Origin: an uncultured bacterium | GTDB taxonomy: Bacteria > Lernaellota > Lernaellaia > Lernaellales > Lernaellaceae | DNA: 56,327 bases | Direction of reading: 5' to 3' | Assembly: GCA_964534375.1 (NCBI GenBank) | Contig: CAZHPN010000011.1 | Location: forward strand, 1 to 56,327 | Shown: piece by piece, positions 12,701 to 24,172 of the stretch | How the letters are laid out: each line of letters opens with the position of its first letter | Numbering within the stretch: the stretch's first letter is position 1 | Notes under the pieces: model-generated | Seen by the model: only the letters and a program-made list of their open reading frames with translations | Databases searched by the model: none | What the model was told of the DNA's origin: nothing | Translations under genes and position numbers: made by a program

Positions 12701-12980
12701 GTCGCTGACGGTCGTCGAGGCGATGGCCGCCGGCCGGCCGGTCGTCGCGACCCGCGTCGGCGGCACGCCCGAAGCCATCGACGACGGCATCGCCGGCCTG
12801 CTCGTGCCGCCGGAGGACCCGGCGGCGCTCGCCGATGCCTGTGCGCGGCTGCTGGACGAGCCGGAACTGGCCAGCCGCCTTGGCGCCGGCGCGCGGGCGC
12901 GCGTCGAAAGCCTGTTCAGTCGCGAGCGCATGGTCGACGAGTACCAGGAACTGTACGAGGAAAAGACGAGGCGGGCGTGA
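9714..12980 (+). CDS. multidomain fusion: ATP-grasp + PHP + Cys-rich (two-CW-like) + GT4 glycosyltransferase
   Basis: FPLVVKP/MVEFK/LMEVNGRLWGS; HMHSTISYDG, LTEH, PGVEY, LAHP, GVEVWN; CWEFLAC..CPA..CWRVVGT..CRECEFY; PSRNEGLSLTVVEAMAAG. Confidence 0.88.
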   Translation: MKRQRKILITCAAQNAALAAIRSLHAAGWRVAALADDARAMGLASRAADEKLHLPHPPADEPKAYAAAVVDYLTRYPADVLLPVTDAAIFALLPVRDKIEALTAVPWPATDSLQAAADKTATFALARELGVATPPLAVVEHDGPLPADLVFPLVVKPRASLVAGRKIPVTYAADRAELAAALDAVPAAAFPVTLQQRIVGPGEGYFGVWRRGAPVVEFAHRRLRETPPSGGVSTLREAIPLPDDLRDAARRLLAHWHWHGPAMVEFKRDAAGRPYLMEVNGRLWGSLQLAIDAGVDVPLASALVALDEPVPPMTVRPSVRTRWLLGDLDALLARLRKSDRALRLPPGAPGRARQFADFCLDFIRPAVRPETFRWNDPRPFFAECRAWLRNRGGGIAKRLGRGGAVKMLVHMHSTISYDGELTVEDLGLLMRRNNVAVCCLTEHSRFLTEPDMQRLIAECAAHSDRRLLLVPGVEYDVAGGHHVLGLGVAKPMPFDDPARVCNAIREAGGLAVLAHPEPGELINDPALAQAVDGVEVWNTMHNGNYLPSADALDQLRRAQRKRPDLFALHGIDFHFVDNLHNSHVELRANGAELTWPNIVAALRAGRYRLTNGWIAVSSHGAGPATTALYRPLRMAQEIASKVKHTILGHRTPDCWEFLACRHGDCCPATVEKDGGELCWRVVGTFAGVDRRGPCCNFIPNCRECEFYRWRNADVYKNPPLRVLHLIETANPGGAELMMVNLAANLDRKRFTSHACLIKPGWLEQKLRENGIPVTVLPLARKMDWRFVWRLARMARRRRYDVLHSHEFTMNVYVFLAGLLARRPTVATVHGNLEYVRGRSRRRWIYQLLTRLAGPMIAVSGETQRLLIEGFGLPPQHLRVIPNGVELPAAAPTRETIRQWRREMGLPEDAALVGMIGRLQPVKGPDLIVAAMPRLIARRPDVHLALAGQGDMRPALEETVRRLGLEKSVTFLGYREDVRERLAAFDVIVAPSRNEGLSLTVVEAMAAGRPVVATRVGGTPEAIDDGIAGLLVPPEDPAALADACARLLDEPELASRLGAGARARVESLFSRERMVDEYQELYEEKTRRA

Positions 12981-12992
12981 TGGGCGCACGCG

Positions 12993-13047
12993 GGGTTCGG
13001 GATTCGGGATTCGGGATTCGGGGTTCGGCAATCCGCAATCCGAGATT
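12993..13047. repeat. heptamer repeats (GGATTCG)n with partial inverse (AATCCGC)n
   Basis: gggttcgggattcgggattcgggattcggggttcggcaatccgcaatccg, intergenic. Confidence 0.75.
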
Positions 13048-13059
13048 TGGGCTTTGTCC

Positions 13060-14214
13060 ATGACAGGGTTCTACGGGGCGCTGCTGGCCATCGGCGCGCT
13101 GGCATTCCTTTTCCCCTACGCGATTTATCCTTTTTTACTGCTGCTGCGGCCGCGGCGGTTCGCCGTGGGGCAAGCGCCGCCGCCGGCGGCGTGGCCGAGC
13201 GTGTCGGCGATCGTTGCGGTCTTCAACGGCGCCGGCCGCATCGGCGCCAAGATCGCCGAATTGCGACGGCTGGATTACCCCGGCCGCGTCGAGGTGATCG
13301 TCGCCGACGACGGCAGCGACGACGGCACGGCCGCCGCGGCCGAAGCCGCCGGGGCCGACCGCGTCGTGCGTCTGCCGGAACGCGGCGGCAAAAGCGCGGC
13401 GCAGAATGCCGGCGTGGCGGCGGCGGCTGGCGAGGTCTTGTTGTTCACCGACTTGGCGGTGATTGTGCAGCCCGACGCGTTGCGCCTGCTGATCGCGGAA
13501 CTTTCGGCGCCCGGCGTCGGCTGCGTTACGGGCGTCGATCGTTCCGTCGCCGCCGGCCCGGCAGATCCGGCTCAGGGCGCCGGCTGGTACACGCGCTTCG
13601 AGACGGGCGTACGCTGGCGCGAGGCCGAGACCGGCACGCTGCTGGGCGTCAACGGCTGCTTGTTCGTGGTGCGCAAAGAACATCGCCCGCCGGTGCCCGG
13701 CGCTTGCGTGGACGATTTGTACGTGCCGCTCGCCGTCAATGATCGCGGCCTGCGGGTGACCGTCCATCCGGCGGCCGAGGCGATCGTGCCGCGCACCAAA
13801 AGCCTGCGTGAGGAATTCCGGCGCCGGGCGCGCACGTTTGCGGGCGGCTTGTTCACGTTGCACGCGGCCGGCCGCGATCTGCCGCGCGCGGTGCGGCGCT
13901 TGCGCGGGCGGCTGTGGGGGCACAAGCGGCTGCGGTGGCTGGGGCCGTGGCTGATTCTGCTCGCCCTTTACGGCAGCATGGGGCTGGCGCTACGCTGGCC
14001 GCCGGGTTGGATTTTCGTCATCGTCGAGGCGCTGGCGATGGGCGCCGCGCTGGCCGGCCTGGTCTGGACCGCAGGCGGCGGCCGGCCGCCGCGGCCGTTG
14101 CGGCTGCCGGCGTTCCTGCTGTTGTCGCAGGCGGCGCTGGCCTGGGCGTGGGTGCGTTTTGCGCTGGGCCGACCGTATGTTGTTTGGCGGCCGACCCGGC
14201 GGGAGCAGGCATGA
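13060..14214 (+). CDS. family 2 glycosyltransferase with TM segments
   Basis: DDGSDDGT, GKSAAQN, LLFTD, VDDL, EFRRRAR; ATG at 13060. Confidence 0.88.
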   Translation: MTGFYGALLAIGALAFLFPYAIYPFLLLLRPRRFAVGQAPPPAAWPSVSAIVAVFNGAGRIGAKIAELRRLDYPGRVEVIVADDGSDDGTAAAAEAAGADRVVRLPERGGKSAAQNAGVAAAAGEVLLFTDLAVIVQPDALRLLIAELSAPGVGCVTGVDRSVAAGPADPAQGAGWYTRFETGVRWREAETGTLLGVNGCLFVVRKEHRPPVPGACVDDLYVPLAVNDRGLRVTVHPAAEAIVPRTKSLREEFRRRARTFAGGLFTLHAAGRDLPRAVRRLRGRLWGHKRLRWLGPWLILLALYGSMGLALRWPPGWIFVIVEALAMGAALAGLVWTAGGGRPPRPLRLPAFLLLSQAALAWAWVRFALGRPYVVWRPTRREQA

Positions 14215-15332
14215 TCAAACTGCTGTTGGTTGGCGAGGGCGCGCGGTTCGCCGGCATCGAAGGGCATCTGCTGACCCTGTTGCAAACTTTTTCGCGCGAT
14301 GACGTGCAGCCGCATCTTGCGCTGTTTCATCGCGGCCTGCTCGCCGAACGCGCGGAACGGCTCGGCGTGCCGGTGACGCTGATCGAACGCGCCTCGAAAT
14401 ACGATCGCGCCGCGCTGCGCCAGGCGCGCCGGCTGGTCGCCGACATCGGCGCCGACGTCGTGCACACGCACGGGTACTTGGCGAATGTCATGATGGCCGC
14501 CGCGCTGGAAGACCACACCCCGGCGCTGGTGACGACCGTGCACGGCGCGCGCGAGCCGTTCGGCGGCCTCGCCGGCCTCAAGATGAGCCTCAATCTTTAT
14601 CTTGACCGGCGGGCGATGCGCCGCCGTTGCCGCCGCGTCATCATTGTCGCGTCGGCGCTGGCCGACGACCTGGTGCGCCACGGCGTTTCGCGCGACTGCC
14701 TGCGGCTGATCTACAACGGTCTGCCGCCGGCGCGTTCGGACCCGCGGCTGCGCATTGAAAGCCGCACCGCGTTGGAACTCGCGCCCGACGCGCCCGCGTT
14801 CGCCTTCGTCGGCCGCATCGAGCCGGTGAAAGACCCGCTGGCGTTCGTCGAATTCGCCCGCCTCGTGCACGACGTGATGCCCAACGCGGTCTTCTTGATC
14901 GCCGGCGAAGGGCCGCTGCTCGAGGCGATGCGCGAACGCGTGCTGCAAACGGGTCTCCTGCCGCGCTTCCGCTTCCTCGGTTTTCTCGACGACCTCGATC
15001 CGTTTTTCGCGGCCACCGACGCGCTGGTGCTCACCAGCCGCCACGAGGGCGTGCCGCTAACCGTGCTCGAGGCGATGCGCGCCGGCCGGCCGGTGATCGC
15101 GCCGACTGTCGGCGGCCTGCCCGAAGTCCTCGGCGGCATCGACGGCCTGCTGGCGCCGACGCGCGCCGTGCGCCAACTGGCGGCGCTGGCGACCCGGCTC
15201 CTGCGTCATCCAGTTCAGTTCCAACAATCCGGCGCGGCGGTGCGGGCGCGTTTCGAAGACAGATTCACCGCCGCGGAAATGACCCAACGCCTGCTCGCCG
15301 TCTATCGCGAAGCCCTCGAGGAATCTTCGTGA
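14211..15332 (+). CDS. family 4 glycosyltransferase
   Basis: DVVHTHG, VTTVHG, VGRIEPVKD, TSRHEGVPLTVLEAM; ATGA overlap with the previous gene. Confidence 0.9.
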   Translation: MIKLLLVGEGARFAGIEGHLLTLLQTFSRDDVQPHLALFHRGLLAERAERLGVPVTLIERASKYDRAALRQARRLVADIGADVVHTHGYLANVMMAAALEDHTPALVTTVHGAREPFGGLAGLKMSLNLYLDRRAMRRRCRRVIIVASALADDLVRHGVSRDCLRLIYNGLPPARSDPRLRIESRTALELAPDAPAFAFVGRIEPVKDPLAFVEFARLVHDVMPNAVFLIAGEGPLLEAMRERVLQTGLLPRFRFLGFLDDLDPFFAATDALVLTSRHEGVPLTVLEAMRAGRPVIAPTVGGLPEVLGGIDGLLAPTRAVRQLAALATRLLRHPVQFQQSGAAVRARFEDRFTAAEMTQRLLAVYREALEESS

Positions 15333-16498
15333 CCGCGCTCGCCGTCGCGCTCTTCGTCGTCGCCGCGGCGCTGTTTCTCGTGGCGGCCCGCTACGCTTTT
15401 TTCGCCGCGCTCTCATTGCTGGCGCCGCCGGCCCCGCCGCCGTCGAGCGCGCCGGCGACGCGGCTTTGCGTGCTGATTCCGGCGCACGACGAAGCGGCCG
15501 GCATCCAGGCGACGGTCGCCGCGGCGCGGGCGCTGGATTACCCGGCCGAGTTGTTCCGCGTCGTGGCGCTGGCGGACAACTGCACCGACGACACCGCCCG
15601 GCTAGCCCGCGAAGCCGGCGCCGAGACAATCGAACGCGTCGATGCGGCGCAGCCCGGCAAAGGGCAGGCGATCGCCTGGGCCATCGCGAATCACCTAAGG
15701 CCCAACGAGGCGCTCGTCATCTGCGACGCCGACAGCCGGCCCGCGCCGGATTATCTCTCGTGGATGAATCGCGCGTTCGCCGCCGGCTACGGCGCGGCGC
15801 AGGGCTTCAACGCCGCCGCGAACCCGGACGAATCGAGCCTCGCCGCCCTGGCCGCGCTCACCAGCGGCATGAAGAACAACCTGCACTACACCGGAAAAAC
15901 CGCCGCCGGGCTGCCCGCGCCGCTGATGAACGGCCTGACCATCGCCGCCGCGACGCTGGCGCGCTGCCCGTGGCAGTCGTTCTCGATCGTCGAAGATTTC
16001 GAAACGTACCTGCGGCTCGTCGACGCCGGCGTGCCGATTCGCTTTGTCCGCGAGGCGAAAATCTTCAGCCCGCGCGCCAGCCGCTTTTCCCACGCGACGA
16101 CGCAGAAACAGCGCTGGAGCGGCGGCCAAAGCGCCCTGGCGCGGACGGTCGCCCGGCCGCTCGCGTGGCGCGCCCTGCGCGAACGCTCGGCGGCGAAGTT
16201 GAGCGCCGCGTTTGACGTGCTCCTGCCTAGCTACGCGGCCACGACCGGCTGGCTGACGATTGTCGCCGTGGCCGCCGCGCTGCTCCCGCCCGTTGCGCGC
16301 CCGGCGGCCGGCTTCGCCTGCGCCGGCTTATTGCTGATGGCGGCGCAATTCGGCGTCGGCCTCGCGCAACTGCGTTGGACGCCGCGCCTCGCCAAGGCGG
16401 TCGCGCTGGCGCCGTTCTACATCGTTTGGAAAATGATTCTGGCGGCGCGCGGCGCCTGGCGCGCGCCCGGCGAATGGCGCCGGGCGGAGCGAAGTTGA
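15329..16498 (+). CDS. family 2 glycosyltransferase (processive type, QxxRW)
   Basis: LIPAHDE, ADNCTDDT, GKG, DADS, VEDFE, QKQRW; GTGA overlap. Confidence 0.88.
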   Translation: MTALAVALFVVAAALFLVAARYAFFAALSLLAPPAPPPSSAPATRLCVLIPAHDEAAGIQATVAAARALDYPAELFRVVALADNCTDDTARLAREAGAETIERVDAAQPGKGQAIAWAIANHLRPNEALVICDADSRPAPDYLSWMNRAFAAGYGAAQGFNAAANPDESSLAALAALTSGMKNNLHYTGKTAAGLPAPLMNGLTIAAATLARCPWQSFSIVEDFETYLRLVDAGVPIRFVREAKIFSPRASRFSHATTQKQRWSGGQSALARTVARPLAWRALRERSAAKLSAAFDVLLPSYAATTGWLTIVAVAAALLPPVARPAAGFACAGLLLMAAQFGVGLAQLRWTPRLAKAVALAPFYIVWKMILAARGAWRAPGEWRRAERS

Positions 16499-16514
16499 GA
16501 AGGAAGAAGCCAGA

Positions 16515-16622
16515 AGTCGGAAGATACTTTTGCAAAATTCTCTGACGGGGCTTTGCCGAGGCGCCGCCGCATCAACGCCGGTCCTCTCGCCGAAGTGAAT
16601 TTTGCAAGAGCTTCTTCCGACT
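16515..16622. repeat. 26-bp imperfect inverted repeat pair (MITE-like or bidirectional terminator)
   Basis: agtcggaagatacttttgcaaaattc ... gaattttgcaagagcttcttccgact, 3 mismatches, between convergent genes. Confidence 0.75.
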
Positions 16623-16623
16623 G

Positions 16624-17157
16624 CTATTTCTTCTTCTTCGCCGCCGTCAGATAGCGCTCCCAGCCGCGGTTGCCTTCGACGAAATTTTTCTTGACCGACG
16701 ACACGACGAATTTTTCGATCGTCGGCGCGAATTGGCGCGCGAGAATCGTCGGGATGCCACGGATCTTTTTGGGGTCGATGGTGATTTCGCCGCCGAGCGT
16801 GATTTTAGTGTGCTTGCCTTCCGCGGTGAAAAAGTTCTTGCCGTGCACGTCGACCGCCTCGGTGAACATCGCGGGCTCGGTGCGCCACGTGACGCTGTAT
16901 TCGGACGTGCGCCAAACTGCGATGTCCCTCCACGTGCGGCTCGATTGCGGCGCCAGCTTCTCCAGCGGCCCGGGCAACTGCACTTTGGCCTCCCAAATCG
17001 AGACCATGTGCACCTCGTCGCCCTGATCCTCGCGCGAGATCAGCGTGATTTTGTCGATGTTCTCCAGGAAGTTGGGCAATTCGGCCATCTTGTCGCGAAA
17101 TGCCGCAAACACGTCTTTGAGCGGGAATTCGAGGATATCGCTGGTTTCAAATTTCAT
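16624..17157 (-). CDS. SRPBCC/START-like (DUF2505-like) protein
   Basis: 177 aa with helix-grip-like pattern and GGAG RBS; family call tentative. Confidence 0.65.
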   Translation of the reverse strand: MKFETSDILEFPLKDVFAAFRDKMAELPNFLENIDKITLISREDQGDEVHMVSIWEAKVQLPGPLEKLAPQSSRTWRDIAVWRTSEYSVTWRTEPAMFTEAVDVHGKNFFTAEGKHTKITLGGEITIDPKKIRGIPTILARQFAPTIEKFVVSSVKKNFVEGNRGWERYLTAAKKKK

Positions 17158-17186
17158 ACGGGCGCGGCTCCTTCAAGTGAGTGAGG

Positions 17187-19493
17187 TTATTTTTCGATGA
17201 AACCGTAGTAGCGGGCGAGCCAATACGGCAGCAACCAATAGGTTCCGGCTTCTTCGACGAGTCCCGCGGCGCCGGCGTCCAGCACGTAGGGGTCGTCGCT
17301 CCATTTCGCAATCGCGCGCTGGCCCGCCGGCAGCGGCGGCAGGCTCGTGTCGGACAGCGCCTGGCCCTCCAGGTTCGGAATCGGGTTGACCTGGATGTCG
17401 GCGCGCTGGCTGTTGGTCATCGTCCACTCGACGAGGTCGAGCGGGATTTGTTGCAGCGTTCGCGCGGCGGCGGGCAGCCCGAAGTCCTGCCGCGCCCCGG
17501 TGAGCGCGCCGTAAATCGCGTTGAACAAGCTGCTGCCTTGAACGCTGTCGAAGGACCACGTGCGGGCCAGGCTGGCCAGGTATGTCGTGCGCAACGCGGT
17601 GCCGGTTTCGTACAGGAGCAGCGGATAATAATCGAGATAGAACAACTGGTCGACGAAGGTGTTCGCCAGCAGCGGCAGCAGGTTGTAGGCCACCACCACC
17701 ACGAAATCGTCGAGGGCGTTGTCCGCGATCAAACTGTTGTACGCCGTCTCGTACGCCGCATCGCCGGTGAGATGCCGGGCCACCTGGAGATACATCAAAA
17801 TCCCCAGGCCGTTGGGGCCGAGCACGGACAACCGCTCCGCTTTTTCGACCCACGTCGACGCGCTGGCCCACTGCCACAACACCGCCGGGTTCCACACGCC
17901 CGTGCTCGTCGGCTCGCCGTCCCAATCGATCAGGTAATAATTGTTGTTCAGGATATAGTCCATCACCTGTTTCACGACCGCCGCGACCTGCGGCTTGTGG
18001 ACGCTGTCCGCCGCCAGATCGTAGTACACCGAGTACGCGAAAAAGTGCCCGGTGATCTCGTCGGAGCCTTCGTTGCTCAACCAGTCGAAACCGAGCGTCG
18101 GGTTGGCCTGCCACTGGCAAAACGGCGCGCACGTCGGATCGGCGCTCTTGCTGTACAGCGGCGCGACGCTGCGCGCCGGCAGGCCGGGAATGCCGCTCAC
18201 GCGCGTCAGGAACGAGAGCGCTTCGAACTCGGCGTCGGCCATCTGGCGAATCGCCGGGTCGCCCGTCGCGGCGTACTGGAAACTCAGCGCGGCCAGATAC
18301 ATGCCGGTGAACAGGCCGTCGTTGTTCGAACTTTCGAGGCTGAAGGTGGACAAGTCGCCCGGCAGATCCAGGTTGCACGCCGCCACGAGGCCGTCACGGT
18401 TGTGGCGCGCGCTGTTGATGTTTTGATAGACCTGCGCTTTGGCCGCCAAGGTCTGCTGCTGAAATTGCATCAGCGACATGCCGTTTTGCGTTGCTGTCAG
18501 CATCTGGTTCTCGCCGACCGGCGCCAGGTCGGTCGTCGCGACGTTCGGGAGCCACCGCCTCCCGGCGTAGTAGTTCCACGTGGAGTCGGAGTCGTCGTAC
18601 TGCGCCAAGCCGAAGGTCGTACCGACCCACAAGCCTTGCATCGGGCCGGCGCCGACGTACGCCAGGCGAACGACGTCGAGATACGGCAGACCCTGCGCGC
18701 CGGTGCAGCCGACCATGTCGCCGTCCGGGTCGAGGCGATTGAGCCCGCCGGGGCCGCCGATCCACAACCGCCCTTGCGTGTCGAACGCCACCGCCTGCAC
18801 CACATCGCTCAGCAAATATTGCGCGCTCGTCCATTGACCTACGGGCTTGCCGTCGACGAGTTGGCGCAAGCCGCCGTCCGTCGCCGTCCAGACCGCGCCC
18901 TTGGCGTCGACCGCCAGGTCGTAAACGTACGCGCCGCGCAGGTCCGCCTGCTCGGTGAAACTGCCGTTGACGCCGATCAGCAGGCCGTCTTCGAGACCCA
19001 CATACAGTTGCCCGTTCGTCTCGGCCAGCGCGCGCACGCGGCCGGTCCGCGGCAGCGGTTGCGTGGTCGGCGAGTCGCCGCGGAAGACGAGGACGGCGTT
19101 GTCGGTTCCCGCGTACAAGACGCCGTTGGCGGCGAGCAGGCGATACAGCGGACCCCCGTCGTAGATCTGCGTCCATTGCCCGCCGGCGAAAGCGAACAGG
19201 CCCGTATTCGCGCCGGCGTAGGCCTGGCCGGCCGAAACCGCGACCGCAAGCAGCGGGAACGGCGGTTGCGGCGTGCCCGTGATGAAGCCTTCGACGTCGG
19301 CGCGAAGGTACTCGGTGCGGCTTGCCTGCGAAAATGGGGTGTCCGGCAACGTGCTCACGAAAGACGGCCCGGAGCGTCCCCGGGCGGCGTGGCGCGGCGC
19401 GCACGCCAACGCGCAGCAAAGCAGCAGCGCAACGATCCACGAAATCTGTGGGCGGGCGCGGCGACCCGCCCCTGCACGTCCGCTCCGTCGCAT
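17187..19493 (-). CDS. secreted/lipoprotein: regulator-propeller repeats + putative (alpha/alpha) barrel
   Basis: LLLCCALAC; DAKGAVWTATDGGL, DTQGRLWIGGPGGL; SNNDGLFTGMYLAA, GLPARS, GSDEITGHFF; start uncertain. Confidence 0.75.
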   Translation of the reverse strand: MRRSGRAGAGRRARPQISWIVALLLCCALACAPRHAARGRSGPSFVSTLPDTPFSQASRTEYLRADVEGFITGTPQPPFPLLAVAVSAGQAYAGANTGLFAFAGGQWTQIYDGGPLYRLLAANGVLYAGTDNAVLVFRGDSPTTQPLPRTGRVRALAETNGQLYVGLEDGLLIGVNGSFTEQADLRGAYVYDLAVDAKGAVWTATDGGLRQLVDGKPVGQWTSAQYLLSDVVQAVAFDTQGRLWIGGPGGLNRLDPDGDMVGCTGAQGLPYLDVVRLAYVGAGPMQGLWVGTTFGLAQYDDSDSTWNYYAGRRWLPNVATTDLAPVGENQMLTATQNGMSLMQFQQQTLAAKAQVYQNINSARHNRDGLVAACNLDLPGDLSTFSLESSNNDGLFTGMYLAALSFQYAATGDPAIRQMADAEFEALSFLTRVSGIPGLPARSVAPLYSKSADPTCAPFCQWQANPTLGFDWLSNEGSDEITGHFFAYSVYYDLAADSVHKPQVAAVVKQVMDYILNNNYYLIDWDGEPTSTGVWNPAVLWQWASASTWVEKAERLSVLGPNGLGILMYLQVARHLTGDAAYETAYNSLIADNALDDFVVVVAYNLLPLLANTFVDQLFYLDYYPLLLYETGTALRTTYLASLARTWSFDSVQGSSLFNAIYGALTGARQDFGLPAAARTLQQIPLDLVEWTMTNSQRADIQVNPIPNLEGQALSDTSLPPLPAGQRAIAKWSDDPYVLDAGAAGLVEEAGTYWLLPYWLARYYGFIEK

Positions 19494-19531
19494 CGCGAAC
19501 CTCCGCGCGTCAAACGAACGCCGCGCGCGTC

Positions 19532-21106
19532 TCACTGGGTCAACATCTCCGGCAGTTCCAGAATCTTCACCAACACCAATCCGCGTTCCGTGCACAGCAG
19601 CGCCGCGGCGGTCGGCCGGTGATAATCAAGGTTCGAGATGCCCGGACCGATCGGCGCCCGCGCGACGCGTTTGCCCCGCGTCGGGTCGTAGATGTTCAAA
19701 TAGCCGTTGTGCGGGTTGGCCGCCAACAACAAATTACGCTCGCCGTCGTAGGCCAGCAAGTCGTCGCCTGGTTCGCCGACCATCCCGCCCACAGACCGCA
19801 ACGTGTCGAGCGCGCGCCCTTCGATCACGCCCAGGCGCGGCCGGGCCACGAACAGGAAATTCCGTTTCGCGTCGATCGCCATGCCGCCGATGCCCGGTCC
19901 GATCGTTTCCAGGCGGCGCGGCGAGGCGTCGGCCGCGCGGATCATCAGCAGGCGTTTCCCGGCGGACAGCCACCGGTCGCCTTCCGCCGCGTAGATCACC
20001 CCGCGCGTCAGCGTGGCCGTCAGCGAGCCCACACGCGGGAACGGCAGCCGCAGGTCGTGGCACATCTCCTCGGCCGGCTTGGTCGCGCCGAAATCCGCCT
20101 CGAACGCCGCGCACAAACGGGCGTTGGCGCGCGGGCCCTCGCCCGCGGCCATGATGAAGCGATCGCCGTTCAGCAGGGCCAGCGTCGTAAACGGCAACCC
20201 GCCCCGATACGCGCCCTTGTGTTTCAGGTCGCCCGCGAAATAATCCTGCAGGCCGAGCGGCGCCGCCGGATCGAACGCGGCGGTCACCGATTGGCGCAAC
20301 GGATCGATCGACAGCAGCCGGATCGGCGGCGTCGCGTCCGCCGGCGCGTCTTTGACCTCGCCCGTGGCCACGCGCACGATTTGCAAGCGGCCGCGCGTCG
20401 TCGCCACGGTCGCCACATCGCCGGCGTAGTTGAAAAACGCCTCGCGGAAGTGGTTGCGGCCCGCGGCAACGGTGCGAATCGCCGCCACGTCCCGCGCTCG
20501 GCGGCCGGCCTCCACCGCCGGCGGCACGAAGAAATCCGCGGTGACGAACAACAGCGCCAGCAACGCCGCGAATCGCCAAAAGACCCGCTGCCCGCCGCCG
20601 CGCGCGACCGCGTCCAGCCCCGCCGCCGCGTGGCTCAGCGCCACGAACCCGGCGAAAAACGGCAGACTGAGTTCGAAGCCGCGGCTCGCCCACAGGCCGA
20701 TGAGCGCGCCGCCGACCGCCAGATCGGCGACCGCCAGACTGATCCACTTCGCCCAGCGCACGCCCGACGGCCGCGGCGCCTGCCGCAGCGCCGGCCACGC
20801 CAGCAGCAGCCAGAGCAGCACGATGTTCACCGACGGCGCCTGCCGGCGCACGGTTTCCGCGTCGGCGATCCGCGCCGCCAGCGACGGCAGCAGGGCTGCG
20901 ATCGCGAGCAGCGCGACGATCTGCCAGCCGCGGTCGCGTTTCGTCGCGTCATCGGTTCGGCGCCAGGCGCGCGCCAACGACGCGGCCGACCAGAGCGCCG
21001 CGGCGCCGAAGACGACGCTGCCGGCCAGCGCGACCCCGGGCAGGATCGCGGGCAGCGAGGCCAGGTCGTCCCAGATATCCGGCGGCACGTACGCAAAAAG
21101 CGACAC
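19532..21106 (-). CDS. membrane protein with C-terminal YncE-like beta-propeller
   Basis: About 6 hydrophobic segments, then GMAIDAKRNFLFVA, LAYDGERNLLLAAN, IYDPTRGKRV; directly follows uvrA. Confidence 0.6.
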   Translation of the reverse strand: MSLFAYVPPDIWDDLASLPAILPGVALAGSVVFGAAALWSAASLARAWRRTDDATKRDRGWQIVALLAIAALLPSLAARIADAETVRRQAPSVNIVLLWLLLAWPALRQAPRPSGVRWAKWISLAVADLAVGGALIGLWASRGFELSLPFFAGFVALSHAAAGLDAVARGGGQRVFWRFAALLALLFVTADFFVPPAVEAGRRARDVAAIRTVAAGRNHFREAFFNYAGDVATVATTRGRLQIVRVATGEVKDAPADATPPIRLLSIDPLRQSVTAAFDPAAPLGLQDYFAGDLKHKGAYRGGLPFTTLALLNGDRFIMAAGEGPRANARLCAAFEADFGATKPAEEMCHDLRLPFPRVGSLTATLTRGVIYAAEGDRWLSAGKRLLMIRAADASPRRLETIGPGIGGMAIDAKRNFLFVARPRLGVIEGRALDTLRSVGGMVGEPGDDLLAYDGERNLLLAANPHNGYLNIYDPTRGKRVARAPIGPGISNLDYHRPTAAALLCTERGLVLVKILELPEMLTQ

Positions 21107-21112
21107 GGTCGG

Positions 21113-23965
<2,853 letters not shown>

Positions 23966-24172
23966 GTCCTACTCGAAACTCCTCGGTATTCCCATCGAAT
24001 GTGTCGCTATTCCAGCAAATCCACGACGATCGGCGCGTCCCCCACGATTACGCGGCTTCGCCCCTTGATTCGTCATTCCCGCGAAGGCGGGAATCCAGGC
24101 CTGTAAGAGCGCCCTTCCGGGCGCGATCGAAAAAACCGCGCCTGTGATGACGATGTTCTTGCCGCCCATCTT

